From assembly GCA_026770705.1 (NCBI GenBank), contig JANJGN010000036.1, positions 3,162,001-3,226,000 of the forward strand: 64,000 bases of DNA. The letters run 5' to 3'. The position numbers and the translations under genes are program-made. Numbering within the stretch: position 1 is the stretch's first letter; every line of letters starts with the position of its first letter. Source of the DNA: Isurus oxyrinchus. Taxonomy: Eukaryota. The notes under the pieces were generated by a model. That model was not told where the DNA came from. It worked only from the letters and a program-made list of their open reading frames with translations, and made no database searches. Of the stretch, positions 36,925-50,360 are shown in pieces.

Positions 36925-38195
36925 CTGATGCTAAACTAATCTACCAGAGATCTTTGAGGATATAATTATTAGAATACATAAGGAAGAACCAGTGGATATA
37001 GTGTATTTGGATTTCAGGAAGGCTTTTGATAAGGTCCCACATAAGAGGCTAGTGGGCAAAATTAAAACACATGGGGTCAGTGATAATATATTAGTACGGA
37101 TTGAGAATTGGTTGTCAGACCGGGAACTGAGAATGGGAACAAATGGGTCTTTTTTTCCAGGTAGCAGGCAGTGAATAGTGGTGTACCACAGGGATCAGTA
37201 CTTGGGCTCCAGCTATCCATGATGTATATAAATGAATTGGATGAGGAAATCAAATGAATATTTCCAAGTTTGCTGACAACACAAAACTGGGCGGAGTTGT
37301 GAGTCGTACGGAGGATGCAAGGAGGTGTCAGGGCGACTTAAATAAGTTAGTGTGTGTGGGCACACACATAGCAGATAACGTGGATAATTGTGAAGTTAGA
37401 CGCTTCAGTGTGAAAAGCAGAAAGGCAAAGTACAAATTAAGTGATGATCTACTGGGAGATGTGGATGTAAATGTGATCTGAGTGTCCTTGTACACCAGTC
37501 AATGGAAGTGAACATGGAGGTGCAGCAAGCAGTTAGGAAGGCAAATGGTATGTTGGCCTTCATTGCAAGAGGATTTGAGTTCAAAGGTAGTGAGGTCTTA
37601 CTGCAGTTATACAGGGCCTTGGTGAGACGAAGAGACCTGGAGGATTGTGTGCACTCTTTGTCTCCTTACCTAAGGAAGAATATTTTTGCCATAGATGAAG
37701 TGCAGCGAAGGTTCACTAGGCTGATACCTGGGATGGCAGGGCTGTCGTATGAATGGAGATTTATTCAACTGGGCCTGCGTTCACTGAGTTTAGAAGAGTG
37801 AGATGGGATCTGATTAAAAAACATATAAAATTCTAACAGTGCTGGACAGACTAGTTGCAGGGAGGATGTTTCCCCTGCCTGGGGAATACAGAACCAGGGG
37901 CCACAGTCTCAGGATACAGGGCAGGTCATTTAGAACTGAGATGAGGAAAGATTTCTTCACTCAGAGGGTGTCAACCTGTGGAATTCGCTACCACAGAATG
38001 CTGTGGATGCGAGGTCACTGGGTATATTCCAGAAATAAATTGATGATTTTTTGGATATTAGGGGCATCAAGAGAAAGCGGGAATATTACATTGAGATAGT
38101 GGATCAGCCATGATCTTATTGAATGGCAGAGCAGGCTCGAAGGACTGAATAGCCTACCCCTGCTCCTAGTTTCTATGTTGATATGTATGTTTCTA
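36925..38195 (+). mobile_element. CR1-type LINE fragment
   Basis: DIVYLDFRKAFDKVPH, SKFADNTKLGG, KANGMLAFI; 3' tail ttctatgtt. Confidence 0.88.
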
Positions 38196-40044
38196 CTCCT
38201 CTACAAATCAGTTCCAGCACATGGCTTGCATTTTCCATTAAATATCACAGACAATTGTTTTTCAAGCGGGTTTGCTTTAGAATCATTGGCAGAATGAGTG
38301 AACCGGCCGCCTGATCAGCACCAGAAACACATCAGGACCCGGGGCCTCTCTTTTCCGGCTTTGCATTTAGATCGAGGAGGGAGAGCATAATCTGCATTTT
38401 GCCGTTGAGTGAGCAGCTTCATTGTAAATATCCCGGGCAGAACCGCCTCACATCACCCAGCAGTGGTCGAGGGGAGCCTACGGGGATTTTCGCTTTTAAC
38501 CGGAATAGGGCCAGGTTTGTTCTGGTTATTGGCATCCTGTGTTTCTAAACAGTTCACTTAAAAGCGTTTCTGCACCGGAGGATAACAGCAGGCATGGGCT
38601 TTAGAAAACGCCACAATCAGGAAGCCATTCCAAACACCAAATACATGAGGGGCCACTTTACAATATTAGTAACCGGGGCAATCAAGATTCCTGAGGGTGA
38701 CCATTCCCATTGGAATGTTGCACCGTTTTCCAAAGAGCTGCATTACGGTTTAATTCAAAATAATTCCCAGGGGAAACTCAGCACATGCCGGACAGAAAAA
38801 CCGCCAAGAATTTGGAATGTGAAAATCCTTCAAGGGTGTGAAATTGAGGGGCAGTTGGTGAAACATGTATAAGAATCTGATATAAAGACCCACTTCATTT
38901 TATCTTTTCATGAAAGCAATAGTAACTGGTAATTCCTATTTGTTCTTGGGCTTTGGGCGTCCCTGGCTAAAGCATCATTAATGGCGCATCCCTGATTGCC
39001 CCTTGAGAAGGTCGAGGTGAGCCGCTTGCTTGAGCCGCTGCCCTGCACCATGTGGTGTGAGTAAAGCCAGCGCGGAGTGCGGGAGGAAATTGCAGGGTTT
39101 TGACCCAGCGACAGTGAATGGACGGCCGAGATATTTCCAAGTGAGAATGGCGAGTGGCTTGGAGGGGAACTTGCAGGCGGTGGTGTTCCCATGTGTCTGC
39201 TGCCACTATCATTCAAGGCGATGGAATCATTGGCGAGTTGTTGCAGTTTTTCTTGTGTGTGGATAGTGCTAACAGCAATCCCTACTATCCGCTGATGAGG
39301 GCAATGCTTCATTCCTGATTAAAATTGGGGAATCAGTTAATTTTATTTCAGTACTTGGCATTGCAGTTAAACAATTACCCACTGTCACATGGATGAGGGC
39401 GCTGCAAACGAGGTTAAATTTCCACCGACCTGTTTTCTGTTTCGTTCAATCTAGCCTGGACCATCTTCTCTCTGCGGTTTAGCTTTGAGACCCAATGTTT
39501 CGAGCTCTGCACACAACTCTGCACGTCAAGCGCCTCAACGATAAAAACAGGAAAACCACAAGCAGCTTTTGGTTCGAGCAATTTTCCATCGCAAGCTTAA
39601 AGTGCGCAGAATGTCAGTCAGCGATTTCCACCTCTCGATGCGCTTTGCACACAACCACGAATGTGCTATGATCATTCTGAGACTAGCAGTAAATAGCCGC
39701 GGTCACAGCCAATGAGCCTCTTTGCTGGTCAGCCCAACTCCCTGCTGCAAGGTTCACTGACTCACTTCCTTGTCATTCAGGATTAAGCGTTTCTGCAGAA
39801 CATTTCAGACACTCAGTAAAGCACAACACTGTCTGCTCATTTTAGAAACCATTCTGCCAGTAATTCATTTTCCCAGACTTTTCACATCTGTTTGAGTTTA
39901 ACTCCCTCTTTCCTCCGTTCCTCATCGTTCTCCTGAAGATTCCTTGACATAAGTCCCTGTGGAGTCCTGCAGGGAATATGCAGCACGGATTTACTGGTTT
40001 GACTTCATAACTGACTCAAGTTTCCCCATGCGAGAATCCATAAA

Positions 40045-40255
40045 ATAATGCAGGTCAAGCAGCCTCTGTGGAAGAAGAGGCGGAGTTAAAGTTTCAAGTC
40101 AATATGACTTTTCTCCAGCTCTGAAGAAGAGTCATATGGACCCTAAGCTTTAACTCTGTTTCTCCCGCCACAGATGCTGCCAGTCCTGCTGAGCTTTTCC
40201 AGCATTTACTGCTTTTATTTCAGGTTTCACGCATGCGCACTATGTTGCTTTTGCC
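40045..40255. mobile_element. Older palindromic Penelope terminus remnant
   Basis: Degenerate inverted arms centred near 40115; gatgctgccagtcctgctgag motif shared with the other PLE ends. Confidence 0.6.
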
Positions 40256-41846
40256 ATAATGAAACGATTTGACCCAGCAATAGATTCTAAATGCTTTTTT
40301 TCTCTGTTAAAGTGTTGTATTTAGACCCTTTGCCCTAGCTCCCATGATGCGCCGGGTCCCCCCCGCACCCTCCTACCCCCACACAAGCCCCCCACAACCC
40401 CACCACCCGCGCGCTCCCCCCCACTCCCCCCCCCCCCCCACCCCCCCACCCCCGCACCCGCCCTTCATTCTCATGAGCACTTCGATTCATTAAAGCTGCT
40501 GATCGGGTGAGTATTGATGGTTAACAGAGGCATCTTAATACACATTCTTAAATGAGCATAGCTTTTAAATACGAATTGCACTTTCTAGCCTCAGAAAACC
40601 GAGTTAATAGCTCCCCCAAACAAAATCGAGTCGCTGAACTATTTTGTAAAGTACATCAGTAACAACTTCGCTGCATTTAACACTGGGACAAAGCCAGCTC
40701 ATCCCCCACCACCCAATCCTATGGCATAGATGCTTTAACACTTTCCACGTTGCTTGCAGATTGAATATGGGACCAGGAAACAATTCTCATCTCAATGTGT
40801 TTTTCAAGGGACCAGAGAGCTAAAGGTCATAATGAAGAGGAGCAGGATTAGAAGAGTTCCGAGCCTCCTCTGCAATTCGATAAAACCATGGCTGATCTGA
40901 TTGTGGCCGTAACTCCACTTTCCTGCCTGTCCTCCATTACCATTCCCTTATCAATCAGAAATTTGTCTAACTGAGCCTCGGATATATACAACGACCAAAC
41001 CTCCACTGATGTCTGGGGAAGATAATTGAAAAGGCTAAAGAGCCAGTGAGAGAAGAAATTCCTCCTTATCTCCATCTTCAATCGGAGGCCCATTTTGAAA
41101 TTGTGTCCCATAGTTCTAGATTCCCCAACGAGTTCCTGACCTCATGTCAGCAGCAACCCAGTGAAGCCCGCTTCAGAATTCTATATTTTTCAATATGGTC
41201 ACCCTTCATTCTTAGATTTACAGCGGGAAATGCTTGTTTGATATGTTTTGGCTGCACGTGGTTTCAGATTGCATGGACTTCTCCCCATTAGTAGAAGGCA
41301 TTAGGAATCCATCATTATCATCAAAATTTGAATCCAATCCCCATTATGACAGTACCTAGAAACCGCACTTACATCATAGAGAGATAAGTTAAGATTTAGG
41401 GATAATTGTCTTCATCAGACACTGCTCCAAAATTTCTGCTTGCATATTTTGCACTGTTGCATGAGGTTTAAATATGGAGTTATTTCTCCATATGTCCATG
41501 TTCATATGTATACATGGCCATCCATGAGTATCTGTATCTGTGGGCGTGTACCTGTGTATATGCCTCATTCATAGAAGAGATGTGGGCGTTTCTCGTAAGG
41601 CCAGCATTTGTTGCCCATTTATAATTGTCCTTGAGAAGGTGGTGGTGAGCCACCTTCTTGTACCACTGCATTCCATGTGGTGTAGGACACCCACGGCGCT
41701 GCTAGGAAAGGAATTCCAGGATTTTGCCTCAGAGGCCGCCAAATAAATGCGGTATAGCTTCTAGTCAGGATCTTGTGTGGATCCAATAGAATCTTGCAGC
41801 TGCTGGTGTTCCCCGTACATCTGCTGCCCCTCTCCCGCTTTGCATC

Positions 41847-41885
<39 letters not shown>

Positions 41886-43183
41886 ATCTGGGTATGCATA
41901 TGATTTTTTTGCGTGTATTTGTATGACTAAACGTGTGCGTATGCATGTGTGTGTCTATATGAAAGAGAGATGGTGTGAACATGTACACGTGTGTGTATAT
42001 CAGTGCGTGTACTTGCCTGTGTGTCTGTGTAGGTATGTGCACGTGTGCGTATTTGTTTGTTTGGTTGTGTGTAGTGTAAGGAGACGATGTTGTGCAAAAC
42101 ACTAAACAGTGAGCTTGACCCCTGCAAGCAGTTTTTTTCAGACAATTTTCTAAAATGTAGAAGCCCCTGACTGACCGCTAGGGGCACCATGAGGGCAGGC
42201 TCCATTCTCGTAAACCACTGACCTGAGTCAATAATTGGGGACTGTTCCCCTTCACAGAGTTAACGCTGGCACAGGCAGGAGATGCAGAAGAACCATCTGC
42301 TTGGATTAGTTGTTCGCATCTGCCAATAAAATGCCCAGTCCTCTGAATCCACATTTTGATTTGAAAAGGAATCCCATTTGTTTATTGTCCTCTTGCAACA
42401 GCATTGTGCATGCCTCTGTATTCTGAATAGCCATCACTCGCCAACGCATTCTGTTGTTCTACCTTAGCATACCCGCTTGCCTCTTTATTACACAGGCTTC
42501 AGTTTTCCCAGCAAGTCCATTAAATGACATTTCATCACATGGATTCTGAAAGTTCATATTTCAACTCAGCTATCCTCATTGCCGACCCCATTAATCCCTC
42601 AACCAATATCATCAACCTGTTACAACATGTTTTCTATTAACAAATCACAGCTGGTTGTTATTTCCAAGCAAAAAATAAAACATTTCTAGATTACTGCATT
42701 CAGATATTTCCCCACCACTAATATTAGACTAAATGGTGTGTGGTTGCAGAATGTATCATTGTCTCCTTCTTTTCATAAACAGAGTGTAACATTTGCTTTC
42801 AGACCGCTGGCAACGATCCCATTTCCATGAATGAATGAAAGACTCTGGACAGCGCAGTCACTATTTTCAAATTCTCTTCCCGCAGCACCGCCAGCACATT
42901 CCATCTGAGCAGCGTAAATGTTCAGCATTTTTACAATACAAACAGTGCTGTTTGGAAGAGGTAAACTGAATGTTTCTTGAATGACTGTAATTAATGCCAG
43001 CCTTCGTGGGCTACAGGTGTGCCACTGGAGGCTTTCCTTTTCCTATTAATAAGGCAGCTATTTCTTTCTGTTATCCAATTTTGTCAGCGGGAGCATCACC
43101 TTCACCACGAACCACGATCAGGGGCTTGAGACAGTGAAAGGATAGTTTGGAATCTAAGAACATTATATTGGAATATTACGGCA

Positions 43184-46100
43184 ATGGGTCACAATATGAG
43201 AATGGCACATTGGAATGTTACAACAATGGACAGTAGGCTCTCCACTGATCTGGAATATATAATTAGAGATTATGATGGAATATCACGTGATTACCGTATC
43301 AAGTTGATCATTGGGATCGTCCAGTATATTTACTACCCAATCCTCGCTATTGTTGTTGTCCCTGGTTCTTGCTATTAATCCTACGAACCAGACAAATTAT
43401 AACACTACACTTGCCATTTGCACTTCCCTCTCTGCCGTCATGCTTGCCCTCATAATTGTTTATATCAGCTATTAACCCCACAACCATTTGTCAACAGTAC
43501 TATTTCTCTGGAAAACTATTGTTTCGTCTCTGCTGTTGTTGTCCCTGGTCACGCTCTGTCGCTAGAAATTATCTTGTTAGACGTACCTTTATATTGCATT
43601 CTTCAATGTTCAAATAGCGTGAAGGTGAATCCCAATTCTCCTCAGTTTCCCTCACAAATTACTTTCTTGTTCATTGACTACGACCCCATCCCCTGTTACA
43701 TTTGATGGTGTTTCATTTTTCTTTTGTCTACGCCCTTAATAATGTTAAACAGCTCTAGGAAATCTCCTACTGGCCTCCCCTGCTCTGGGGTGAACAAACT
43801 TAACTGCTTTCTTTTATCCACATAAAAGTAACCAGTCACCCCTAGAGCAGTTCTTGCTCATGACATCTGTGCCGTCTCAAAAGCCTTCATCTGATCCCGA
43901 GATGTTCTTCTTCCTATTGGTCACAATGCATCAGGTGTAGCCCATTTCATATTTCATAGAGATTTATGATAAGCTAGTTTCTCTGGCAAACTTGATTTCA
44001 CTTTTGAGTCCGAGGTTTGCCTTTGGCATGATTTTCACATCAGCACTAAGGACAAGCTGTTGTCTACCGATTCCACCCGCCTTTCTGCACCTTTTTGGAA
44101 TGTATTACTATCGTCCAAACCCATCACTATACGATCATGCTTCCGCCAATCCGCAATTGTTTCATCTACATCGAGAATATCAGTAGCCCTCGCACTGAAA
44201 GCTGAGGAACAGCACTGTGCACTTCCGTTCTCTCTGAACATTACCCATTAACAACATTGAAAATAAAATACCTCAGCATTTACGTTACAGGCCTCATAAA
44301 TATCTTTGGTGTTGATTTTTAAGAAACCCGATGTTGATTAAACTCTCCTATGTCATGTACTTCTGAATTTCCTCCTAATTTCTAAACAAACCCGCTTTTG
44401 TTATATCTATTTCTCCATATAAACATGATTATTTAATTTAATCCGTGTCCCTATTAGAAAGTGATACAATAATTAGAATGCACGCAAAATGTGATATGAA
44501 GTGTATAAATGTCGCCTCAAAATCGTACAATCTGCTGCTTATGCATAATGCATCTGATAATTCTCCTTATTTATTGTTAACATGGTGACGATTGGTGATT
44601 ATTTGTTTCATTGGTTTTGAAATGTACTAATCTTCTACCATAATTTTGAGATGATTCAAAATCTTGTTGCCTCGCCTGAGTTGAGCTAGCATCTCAGTCA
44701 GTCCGAACCTAAAGCTGCTATAAAGGAGAATCGAAAGCCGATGATTTCTATCAGCAATAAAATTAAACTGAAAATTCTCGATATTCTTAGCACGCCTGGC
44801 AGCATCTGTGGAGAGAGAGAAACAGAGTTAATGGGGAGAATTTTATTGTCCGCTGCAGCGGGGCGAGAAGATGTGTTGCGAAGCCCATGTCCTTCGCGCA
44901 CCCTCCCGCCCACACCTGAACAGTCAGTCATTGCACCGGGGCAGGCAAGTACTGGGGATGCCCAACAAACTTGCCACAATGTAGGGAATTATGCAGCTAG
45001 CCGTTGATCAATTAAGAGTGGCTTACCGCCCGACCTTTACTTTGAGTCAAACGGGAAGAGTTCAGAGATCGGACAAGCTCAGCTTGTCACCCTGCTCTGG
45101 CCATGTTGGGAAGGTGGGAGAGCCGTTCACAAGTGATCATTTCCCCAGATCGGGAGCTGCCCTCATAGCACGTCCCGGCCGTCGATCCCTCTTCTCCTTG
45201 CATTTCAATAAACAACCCCAGACCCCAATTACACACTCGCTCACCGCCAGAATTACCCCACCTATTATCTGGGGGCCGCTTGCGCTCCTCGCCCCAGCAA
45301 CTTCGGCCAAAAGCACTGCGCTAACTAGGGAGCTACCTGTCAATTACATGGACCAACGGCTTTCTTGGCTAGGACTTCTGCCCGGCTGAAGGGCAGCAGA
45401 GCATTTGCAGCCGGGTCTGAATACCTGCCGGCACCCAAATAGCATATTAAACGGTAGCTGAGCTGTTGTGATCAGCGTGGTGCAGTTGTCGACAACGGTG
45501 GGCAGGAAATCGAACCATGACACAAACACTCCTCAAAGTTCTAGTTACTTTATGAGGAGTAGGAGGGCTGAGAGATGTAAGTAGGCTGGAAACTAGATCG
45601 AGGTGAAGACTGTGATAAACATTTCATTCGTTAATTGGGGTTAGAATTTTGAGAATTTAATCTCTTCTACCTTCGAGTCTCATCACAGACATTCTGCATT
45701 ATTATTTCAGGTGCAATCATTCAAATACATCATTGGATACAATATTGCTTACGTAAACCTCAATAAGTGCTGAGCCACACTGTTAACAATATTCTATTCA
45801 GATGTAACACAATCACGGGATATTTCAATTCCTTACGGCTAACATGGTTACGATTATGACCCTGTCTCAGCGAATGTGCGGCCTCTCCAAATGTGTCACT
45901 AGCTACCTGACGGCCATGGCAGTGGCAGATCCATTGGTCATTATCCTCGACTTGCTAATGAGGCAGATTCCAATCGTTTATTTTGAAAACTTTGTTTTTG
46001 TGATGGCCATCCATGTTTGTAATATCCATGCAGTCCTAACCTATGCAGCCACAGTCTGTTCTGTCTGGTTCACCGTCGCCTGCACCTCTGACCAATATGT

Positions 46101-46728
46101 GGCGATTTGTTGCCAGAAGCTGAAAACTAAGTATTGCACCGAGAAAACGACGGCTGCGGTTTTGACAACAGTGACTCTTTTGAGCTGCTTAGAGAACACT
46201 TATTGGTATTTTTTTGATTTCAGGTCGATACTTACACATCAACCTTCCTTGGTTTTGTCTTGTTACATGGGCCGTTCGGTATTCCCTGGCTTGGTCAATA
46301 ATCGAGTTCCTTCGTAATGTTCTAATATCAGGTTTTTGATTCTGCAGTTGAATATTTTCACCGTCAGACACATAGTAGTCAGCAGCGCAGCTCGCAGGAG
46401 ACTCCGGACTCAGAGAAAAGGGGAGAGTACCAGAGACAGTGAGATGGAGAGCCGAAGGAAATCCATCATTTTGCTATTTGTTATCTCAGACAATTTAATA
46501 TTATTATGGTCAGTGTTTATGGTATACATTATATGGATTAGAATGCATTTTTTGGGCTATAACTTCGTACATTTGCCTCAATTTGTTCGGCAAATTGGTT
46601 TCATGCTCCAACTGCTGAGTTGCAGCACAAACACTTGTACTTATGCGGTGACACAGACCAAGTTTCAAGAGCAGTACAAGAATATTCTGAAATATCCCTT
46701 TAGTCAAATTTATAAGTTAATTAAATGA
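43184..46728 (+). pseudogene. GPR139/GPR142-like rhodopsin-family GPCR pseudogene (two exons)
   Basis: Exon 1 43184-43364 (…IYYPILAIVVVP) and exon 2 from 45839 (ANMVTI…AMAVAD…SVWFTV…DQYVAICCQKLK…ESRRKSIILL…LSCSTNTCTYAVTQTKF). Acceptor reads tacGG instead of AG; frameshifts at ~46210 and ~46335; DRY-equivalent is DQY. Confidence 0.85.
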
Positions 46729-47119
46729 GCATTAAATTTTCCAGTGTCTGTAATAATCAATGTTTCATATCATCGCTCACTCACACTCACAGGGGTTGTT
46801 CATACTAGTGCAGTGAGCTCAGTTTGTCCTCCTATGAGGCCGGAATACTGAGACACTGGGATCTACCGGCTATCTCCGTTAGCACTGAAGTCACTAGAGC
46901 AGTAGGTCCATTTTTTTTCACCGTCAGGTCAATACGGCAGACAGAATGGAATTAGTCTGCTGTCCCTGCGGGTCTGTAATACCAGCTGAATGGGGACGCT
47001 CTTCACTCCCACAGCGTCCGTGACGGAGACACGGTGAGTTCGGTCTGCTCTCTCTCTCTTCAGTCTATGATAATGAAGAAGTGGGACTGGTCAGCCACCT
47101 TGGATCATATGACCCTGAA

Positions 47120-47550
47120 ACAGTGAGTCATAGCAGTCCACAGCACAGAGGAAGGCACTTCGACCCATCGAGTCTGTGGACGTCCATCAGGTACCTAACT
47201 ATGCTAATCCTATTTTCCAGCACTAGGCCCGTAGCCTTGTATGCCATCGCATTGCAAGTGCACAACCAAATACTTCTTCAATGTTATGAGGATGTCTGCC
47301 TCCCCCAGCCTTTCAGGGAGTGAGTTCCAGGTTTCCACCGCCCACTGGATGAAAAACTTCTTCTCCACATATGCTCTAAACCTCATGTTCCTCATCTAAA
47401 TTTTGTGCCCCCTCGTTATGGATCCCTCCACCAAGGGGAAAACTTCCATCCTGTCTACCCTATCTATACCCATCAGAATTTTATTTACCTCAATTATGTC
47501 CCCTCTCAATCTCCTCTGCTCCAGGGAAAATCACCCCACTCTATCCAATC
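47120..47550 (-). mobile_element. CR1 3' fragment
   Basis: KFFIQWAVETWNSLPE…LKKYLV; matches 63130-63560 in reverse. Confidence 0.75.
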
Positions 47551-49845
47551 TTTGTGCTTGGTGTGCTGGGCCTGGACTCCGTGGTACACAGTGCTATCTA
47601 TCCGGTGTTTGTGACACAGACACTGTGATGTTGCCCTGATCCCCCTCCGCCTCCCCCTCCCCCCACCAAGTGTGTATGATATCGACCCAGCGCTGTCAGT
47701 CTTCGCTTCCTTGGTTCTGTGATAGGGGCTCAGTGTGGTGACGTGCTGTGCCAGTGTTCAGTGAAGTAAATACTGAGTACATTGTTTGATTTGTGCTGCC
47801 ATGACCCCTGGATTTTTTGTGCAAGTCCCATTTGAATGGATGTGTGGGTGAACTCAAATCATACCCCCAGTTTCCAAGCAGGGCTCGCTCGGACAGGAAC
47901 TTGGGTGCTGTTCCCTGACATATATTTGTGTGAGTCCGCTCTGAAAACCATAAGATTTAATACGTTCCATCTTAACATTTGTGAATTCTCTTATATTTAT
48001 TATCCCTACCCACGGATCTATCTCAGCTTCCTGCCTTCCTCCCAGTGAGGTTGTTCACAAGGAAAGTGCTTTCAATGCATGCACCACACACCCCGCTTCT
48101 TGTGGAACTTGGCAGGGTCAAAGGCGGCGATACACATTTTATTGAGATACATGACCCTAAATTCCAACATCCTCGGTCTTAGGTGGCTTCCCCTGCTTTT
48201 ATGTAACAGGTTTCCTTATCCAATGTATCAAGGACATGGGGTGATCTGGCCTTCTCTTGTTCCTGTGTAACAAACTTGAGAGATATAAATTGTCCCATGT
48301 AGCTATGTCACATTCAGGACTGAGGATCTTCAAGACGCCCACTTATGCTCATACAGTTGTTTTGCTCCCTGCTGATCCTCTATAACTGGCTCGATGGGCA
48401 AATTGCCTCAATCAGTTCTATGCAACAAGCTTGATCTGCAGAATGGTCGCCTCCTTCTCCTGTGGGGCAGTCGTGAAATGCTGAATGTGCTCCACCAGCA
48501 AAACTCCAGAATGTAGTGCCAAGATAAGACGGAATCTCATAAACATATTCGGTTATAAGTGCTGAGGGATGAAGCATCTCGGCCTCCTGCTGATTTTCGT
48601 TACGTTACACATGTCAGTCTTCAGTCAATTCTATGCATTCTACATGTTGTTAGAAAGTGGATGAAGGCATTGTATAAAGCAAAACCATTGGCATAATCTT
48701 CCGGACTGATGCAGTAAACACACGTGTTCTTGCAGATTGGAAGGTAGCAAATATGACCCTGCTATTCACAGCAAGATGTGCAGGAAAGTATGTTACGATG
48801 CTTCTGGGTCAGAGCTCCGCCATTTGAGGAACCAAGCATCTTCCTTCCACCCCTGCCCCGCTCTCTACTATCTCCAACCTGTGCTACTGACATTGCATTC
48901 CATCTTAAAATTATCCAATAAAAGGAGGCACGAGTTCCCCGTGCGGCCCTGACTGAACCTGGAACGTTGGGCCTGAATTTGTTTTGCTTGCCGAACAATG
49001 AGAATTCCCGGCATGCCAATGTGCTGAAAGTGGGAACACCATCAGGCATGTGGTTTGAAAAGCTACAATCATGACTTAATCTCTGCGTTTTAACCTGCCG
49101 TCGAGAGATTGAAATTTCCGCTCCCGCCACGTTTCCCGCTCTTGCAGTCTCCATAACATCCCGAGGCTGAACACAGTTCTCTGCAACATAAGCATTAATT
49201 AATCTGAATGGTCACTCCTTTCCTAATATTGACCGTTCACCAGGCGGTTTCCTGGGATGGTAGGATTGTCGTATGAGGAGAGATTAGGCCGACGTAAGTA
49301 AATGCTTTTTCACTGAGATGATGCGATTTGCCTCCCTCACATCTTTAAATTCATAAATATTAAAAGATGGACTGGACAGCCTTTATGTGCTGATTGTTGC
49401 ATTTGTTTGTTGGTGATTAAACTCTGATCTGCAGAACGTCTTGTTATCCCTGTCCCTCACGGATAGAAACATCCCCAAATTAACACCAGCGCATTGCGCT
49501 GTAAATATTCATCCTGCACATATATTTCGAGAGATTTCCAGACACTTATTAAACGATGCAGCTCGAAAGGCCTATTCTGCTAAACACAGCTCGTCCGTCC
49601 GGCAAGATTCTGTCTTCCTCAACCTGCAGGAAAACAATTGTTTCCTTAAAAGAAAAAGATCAGGGAACTTAACAAGAGGTTCCCTATTCTCCCTACCAAG
49701 AGAACCATTCTTCCTGATGTTCACCCTGTGTCTCATAGACCTCCAGATATCAGTCCTCTTAATATTTTGACCTCTTAATCCTACAGGCACATTGGAGCCT
49801 TTAAGTCCCTCTGGTTGGATCTCGCATTCGATCTGATCATGGGTG

Positions 49846-50360
49846 ATGTTAGGAAATATAGATAGCTTAAGTAAGTTATATGTGTATTTTGGTTTCCTAA
49901 GTATAAGATGCATCTTTAAGTTTAGGTTTAGTTTTGCTATTTAAGGGTTGAAAGTTGAAACCTGGGATATAGTTTCAGTTTTGTGTAGCGACTGCAGGTC
50001 CAAAGCACTGCTGTACACTGGCATTTGCAATGGGTTTTGTGACTCTTGAAAAGAAGGTAAATCAAACACAAGAGTAGAAAAAAAACGTGTTGCTGTTGCG
50101 GAGCAACAGGGGACCAGAGAAGGAGGCCGCACACACACTCACAAAAACACAAAAACACACAAACACACTAGAGAGAGAGAGAGGGTGGGGGGGGGGGGGG
50201 GGGGGGTGGGGCGGTGCGGTGAGGGCGGAGAGAAAGCAGCAGGTTGAGTTCACTGGAGAGCAGCTGCCGGAGTGAGGCTGAATAGCAGACGGACAGATAG
50301 CAAGTTCCAACCTGAAGTTGAAACCAAGACTCGAGAGAAGCAGCGCCTGTAGTGGCGGTG
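49846..50360 (+). repeat. Possible LTR-like interspersed repeat
   Basis: 50260-50345 is homologous to 61556-61645 (gcagctgcc…gatagcaagt…ctgaagttgaa.ccaagactc), both preceded by a CA tract. Class uncertain. Confidence 0.35.

Noticed and set aside
44834-45520. GC-rich patch resembling a CpG island (similar patches at 18530-18800, 48960-49140, 51380-51480)
   Set aside because: Looks like dispersed GC-rich repeat/MITE-type sequence inside the GPCR intron; no promoter motifs or terminal repeats could be firmly defined.
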